11,146 nt of DNA from a bacterium. Its GTDB lineage: Bacteria > Zhuqueibacterota > Zhuqueibacteria > Oceanimicrobiales > Oceanimicrobiaceae. Of the stretch, positions 7,782-11,146 are shown piece after piece. The first letter of the stretch is position 1, and each line of letters opens with the position of its first letter. The position numbers were made by a program, and so were the translations under genes. The DNA is taken from assembly GCA_046757025.1 (NCBI GenBank), contig JBHHXN010000169.1, positions 1 to 11,146 on the forward strand, written 5' to 3'. Below the pieces are notes generated by a model. It did not search any database. It saw only the letters and a list, made by a program, of their open reading frames with translations, and had not been told where the DNA came from.

Positions 7782-10601
7782 TTAAAAATCGAACGACATG
7801 CCCCAGCGAATTTCGCGCGGTGCCCCCAGCCAGTCTTCTCTCTGGTAAAAATTATCCAGAAAACTGATCGGGAAAAAATTTTCCGGATTTCTTTCAATCT
7901 GCCTTCGGACGTTATTGAACAGAGTCGGGTTGATGGTCTCATTTAAGGAAGTCAAAGAACGTCCGGTGTTGGTGTGTACAAAGCGTTCGTTGATAAAATC
8001 AAACACGTTTTCGACCTGCATGAAAATGGAAAAGCGCACATTTTTTTGTCGGAAAAATTTTTCTAATTTGATATCGAGGTTTTTGGTCAGTGGACGGCGC
8101 GCACTGCGTACTTCAAATTCCACCGGTTGCAAAGAAGAGGGCAATGATGGCGTGTACGGCGTACCGGTCCAAACGTTGCCGATGGCGCTGAATGCCCAGT
8201 TGTTGGCTTTGCTCAGCGTTAAAGTCGCGTTTAACGTGTGCGTACGGTCAAATGACAGCGGTACAAACGATTGCTCGCTGTCCCGGCCGGAACGGGTGTT
8301 GATGGCCAGTCTTAACGGGTTATCGAAAGCGCCTTCGCCCACCTGAAAGGTATAGTCCAGCGAGCCGGAAAGAATCCCGCCTTGCGAGCGGCGTTTTAAC
8401 AACGAAATGGAAAAGCCTTTCACATTGGCGTAGCTGATGTTGGTGACGACGTTGAATTCTTTTTGTCCTCCCACCTCGCCGGCAATGACTCTTCGGCTTT
8501 CGATGAGGTTGGTGACGTCTTTATAAAAGATGGTGAAATCAGCCTTGAAATTATCGGTAAACTGCTGCTGCAGTCCCATTTCATACTGGATGCTTCTTTG
8601 CGGTTCGAGATTGGCGTTGCCAAAAGTCGGCGTGCGGGTGAAGTTAAAATCCTCAAATCGCGGGTTGCGGTAAATCTGGCTGAATCTCGGATTCTGATAA
8701 AAATGGCCGTAGGAAAAGCGAATAATTCCTCGAGAGGTGATGGGAAAGCTCAAACTCAGTCTGGGCGCCAGTCGGTGCTTGGGGGAAGATTCCCGCAGGT
8801 TTTCGCTCTTTTCCACGCCTTCGTCCACCGTGCCCACCAGGTCGGGATTGTAGAGTGCGCGTGAGTCCAGGAACTCGTAGCGCAGACCCAAATTCAGAAT
8901 AAATGATTTCGAAAGCTCGATTTTATCTAAAAAGTAAGCGGCGGCCTGAATGGGCTCGTGTTTGAAAAACTGGTAGTCGGTGAAATTTTCATCCAGTTCC
9001 GGGAACGGAATGCAGGGGCTGTCCGCCCCGAATGCTTCGATGCAGGGCTGCGGTTGATTATCCGGATTCAAATCATAGATCAGCGTGTACGATTCGGATT
9101 CCAGTCGGTGTAACTGCAATTCCGCGCCAAACTTAAGCTCGTGGGCCGGATGAATCTGATTGACCACATCGAGCTTGGCAATGATGGAACGCGTCTTGGA
9201 AAAGGAGCGGTCGAGACTGGTGCCGCCGGCTAAATAATCGGTGGGAGCAATCAGACTGTTAGTGATAAGACTGTCAAACACCCGCACATAGCGTTTATCA
9301 AAGGGATCCTCAAAAGCATGAGTGCGGTTGTGTGTGAATGCCAGACCGAACTTTAAGGTGTAAAACATTTTGTCGTTTAAGGTGTGCGTGAGGCCAAGAG
9401 AGTGGTTCAAGCCGTTGCTGAATGTTTTTGGTCGGCCGTCCGGATTGAAACGATAGCGGCGGAAATTGCCGCTGCTGAAGCGTTCGCCGTCGTCCATCAC
9501 CAAATCGTAGTGCACTTTTATTTTGGGATTGGGTTTCCAGGTGAGTTTGGCCGTAGCGTTGATGCTTTCACTGGTAACCATAGGTACGATTTCACGGTCG
9601 CCATCGGCCTGAAAAGCCTCGCCCGAAGCGCCCAGAGGATCGATGAAAAATCGATCTTCCGAAAACACAAGGATTTCATCGCGATTGTACACGCGCATGC
9701 CTTTGAGATGTCCGTTGTCTTTTTCAAACACGCCGGAAGTAAAAAAGGTTACTTTTTTGCCGAGCAGCGGCACGGGACCGCTCAGGGTCCATTCGGCCCG
9801 GCTGTGGTTCAACATGTCGATTTCATCGATTTTGTAGAAAATGTCGTCGCGGGTGCTGAAGTTGCCGCCGGTGTAGGTGCGAAACGAAGCGTGATATTTC
9901 GGGCCGCCGTCTTTGGTGACAAAATTGATCACGCCGCTGAGGGCGTTACCGTATTCTGCGCTGAATGTGCCGGTGGAAACCGACACCTCTTCCACGGCGT
10001 TGGTGGCGATGCCAACGCCTTGCAAATTGCTCAGGGGATTGTTGATAGAAATTCCGTTGACCTGATAGGCGACTTCGTTGGAGCGCCCGCCGCGTATGTG
10101 CAGGGCGCCGGAATTGTCCTGTACGATGCCGGCCTGCAGCGCAATCACGTCCCGGATTTGATCCACGGGCAGGGCGTGTATCTGCTCAGAGGTCACCGCC
10201 ACATGGGTGTTGGTGAGATCTTCTCGCACCAGCGGATTACGCTCACCATAGACTTCGATGGCGGCCATTTCAACCGCGCTCTGGTTCAGAGCCTGGTCCA
10301 CACGGGTGGTAAAATCCACATTCACCCGAACCTCCCGCACGCGCACCGTTTGATAACCGATAAATGAAATGTTGAGGGTGTACAACCCCGGGGGAATGTT
10401 TAATATGGTGTAATGCCCGTCGATATCGGTTGCCGCCCCAAAGCTGGTGCCTTCCAGTTGCACGTTGGTGCCGGGTAAACCGTCGCCAGTCTGCGCATCG
10501 GTGATGCGGCCGGCTATCTTGCCGGTGGTGCCGCTAAAGGCGGTGGCTGTAAAAACGAGCAAAATAAAAATAGAAAGTGTCGTGAACCTGAAAAATCGCA
10601 T
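7782..10601 (-). CDS. TonB-dependent outer-membrane receptor with an N-terminal carboxypeptidase-regulatory-like domain
   Basis: 939 aa with a signal peptide. N-terminal GKIAGRITDAQTGDGLPGTNVQLEGT…ATDIDGHYTILNIPPGLYTLNISFIGY. Plug motifs LHIRGGRSNEVAYQVNG and GTFSAEYGNALSGVINFVTK. Barrel motifs LNLGLRYE, PRLSLSF, GNANLEPQRSIQYEMG, VENVFD, and C-terminal PREIRWGMSFDF ending in Phe. Confidence 0.95.
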   Translation of the reverse strand: MRFFRFTTLSIFILLVFTATAFSGTTGKIAGRITDAQTGDGLPGTNVQLEGTSFGAATDIDGHYTILNIPPGLYTLNISFIGYQTVRVREVRVNVDFTTRVDQALNQSAVEMAAIEVYGERNPLVREDLTNTHVAVTSEQIHALPVDQIRDVIALQAGIVQDNSGALHIRGGRSNEVAYQVNGISINNPLSNLQGVGIATNAVEEVSVSTGTFSAEYGNALSGVINFVTKDGGPKYHASFRTYTGGNFSTRDDIFYKIDEIDMLNHSRAEWTLSGPVPLLGKKVTFFTSGVFEKDNGHLKGMRVYNRDEILVFSEDRFFIDPLGASGEAFQADGDREIVPMVTSESINATAKLTWKPNPKIKVHYDLVMDDGERFSSGNFRRYRFNPDGRPKTFSNGLNHSLGLTHTLNDKMFYTLKFGLAFTHNRTHAFEDPFDKRYVRVFDSLITNSLIAPTDYLAGGTSLDRSFSKTRSIIAKLDVVNQIHPAHELKFGAELQLHRLESESYTLIYDLNPDNQPQPCIEAFGADSPCIPFPELDENFTDYQFFKHEPIQAAAYFLDKIELSKSFILNLGLRYEFLDSRALYNPDLVGTVDEGVEKSENLRESSPKHRLAPRLSLSFPITSRGIIRFSYGHFYQNPRFSQIYRNPRFEDFNFTRTPTFGNANLEPQRSIQYEMGLQQQFTDNFKADFTIFYKDVTNLIESRRVIAGEVGGQKEFNVVTNISYANVKGFSISLLKRRSQGGILSGSLDYTFQVGEGAFDNPLRLAINTRSGRDSEQSFVPLSFDRTHTLNATLTLSKANNWAFSAIGNVWTGTPYTPSLPSSLQPVEFEVRSARRPLTKNLDIKLEKFFRQKNVRFSIFMQVENVFDFINERFVHTNTGRSLTSLNETINPTLFNNVRRQIERNPENFFPISFLDNFYQREDWLGAPREIRWGMSFDF

Positions 10602-10667
10602 TTTTTTTAACCTTTAAATTGGATAGTAAAAAAGGTGGTTAGAAAGATTTGATTAGATTTGCTGAAA

Positions 10668-10696
10668 AATATAAAATAAGTAAAGGACATTGTCAA
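10668..10696 (-). promoter_or_regulatory. Sigma70-type promoter for the TBDR operon
   Basis: Minus strand TTGACA (10696-10691), 17-nt spacer, TATATT (10673-10668), about 65 nt upstream of the ATG at 10601. Confidence 0.72.
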
Positions 10697-10818
10697 GCAA
10701 AATGTTACTTTCACGCAACAAGGTTTAAGTTGTTGCCAAAAGTTAAATCACCGCGGTGGTCATCGGACGGATGTATATAGCTTCCCAGAATGTCTTGTTA
10801 AGGTAAATTAAAAAGTGC

Positions 10819-10847
10819 TTGACATTATTATATAAAATTGCTAAATA
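10819..10847 (+). promoter_or_regulatory. Possible sigma70 promoter for the divergent gene at 11049
   Basis: TTGACA (10819-10824), 17-nt spacer, TAAATA preceded by TGn. The -10 box lacks the conserved final T, so this is weaker than the other two. Confidence 0.45.
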
Positions 10848-11048
10848 TTTGTCGTAAATTTAGGGTCACCTGTGCGTTGTTTTTTGACGCGGTCTTTTAA
10901 GAGGTAACAGAACTAATTTCATTATGTTCTGCTATTTCAATCATTCCCTTTTTAATTTTAAAGTAAGATCTCATGCTTTATTTCCTGCCTGTGGATGTGA
11001 GGAGTCCGTTGCATAAAAATTTCTGTTTTCATTAAGGAGGGTCCACTC

Positions 11049-11146
11049 ATGAAGCTATGTTGCAGTGCTTTTGTCATTTTTGTTTTGATGTCTTTTCTGT
11101 TTACCAATTCACCCGCTCAACAGCCGGCAGACGGCGAAAACAGCTA
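11049..11146 (+). CDS. N-terminus of a divergently transcribed exported protein, truncated by the window edge
   Basis: TAAGGAGG RBS at 11033-11040 and ATG at 11049. MKLCCSAFVIFVLMSFLFTNSPA-QQPADGENS looks like a Sec signal peptide. Product not identifiable. Confidence 0.7.
   Translation, partial: MKLCCSAFVIFVLMSFLFTNSPAQQPADGENS

Noticed and set aside
1916..9837. Other short ORFs nested in or antisense to porV, hepT, the large gene and the TBDR
   Set aside because: They are alternative-frame or antisense ORFs inside well-supported genes, with no independent evidence.
9384..10367. 327-aa plus-strand ORF
   Set aside because: It is antisense to the TBDR with no RBS and no recognisable motifs, typical of a shadow ORF produced by codon bias.

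Overview
Most of the window is a minus-strand cell-envelope gene cluster. In transcription order it reads: TonB-dependent outer-membrane receptor (10601-7782), a 1197-aa secreted protein with Asp/Gly calcium-binding-like loops, an FN3 domain and a T9SS-like C-terminal sorting domain (7411-3818), a low-GC MNT-HEPN (MntA/HepT-like) toxin-antitoxin pair (3775-2920), a PorV/PorQ (UPF0164)-family beta-barrel (2842-1790), and a secreted protein that is missing from the ORF track and runs off the left edge (1621-<2). A divergent signal-peptide gene starts at 11049 on the + strand. Two near-consensus TTGACA-17-TATnnT promoters, a structured palindromic repeat (7568-7650) and an AT-rich patch inside the left gene are also visible. 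The gene content suggests a non-Bacteroidia FCB-type lineage such as KSB1, Calditrichota or Ignavibacteria (inference). The most interesting candidate is a SusD-less uptake module made of the TBDR, a CTD-bearing cargo and a dedicated PorV paralogue.
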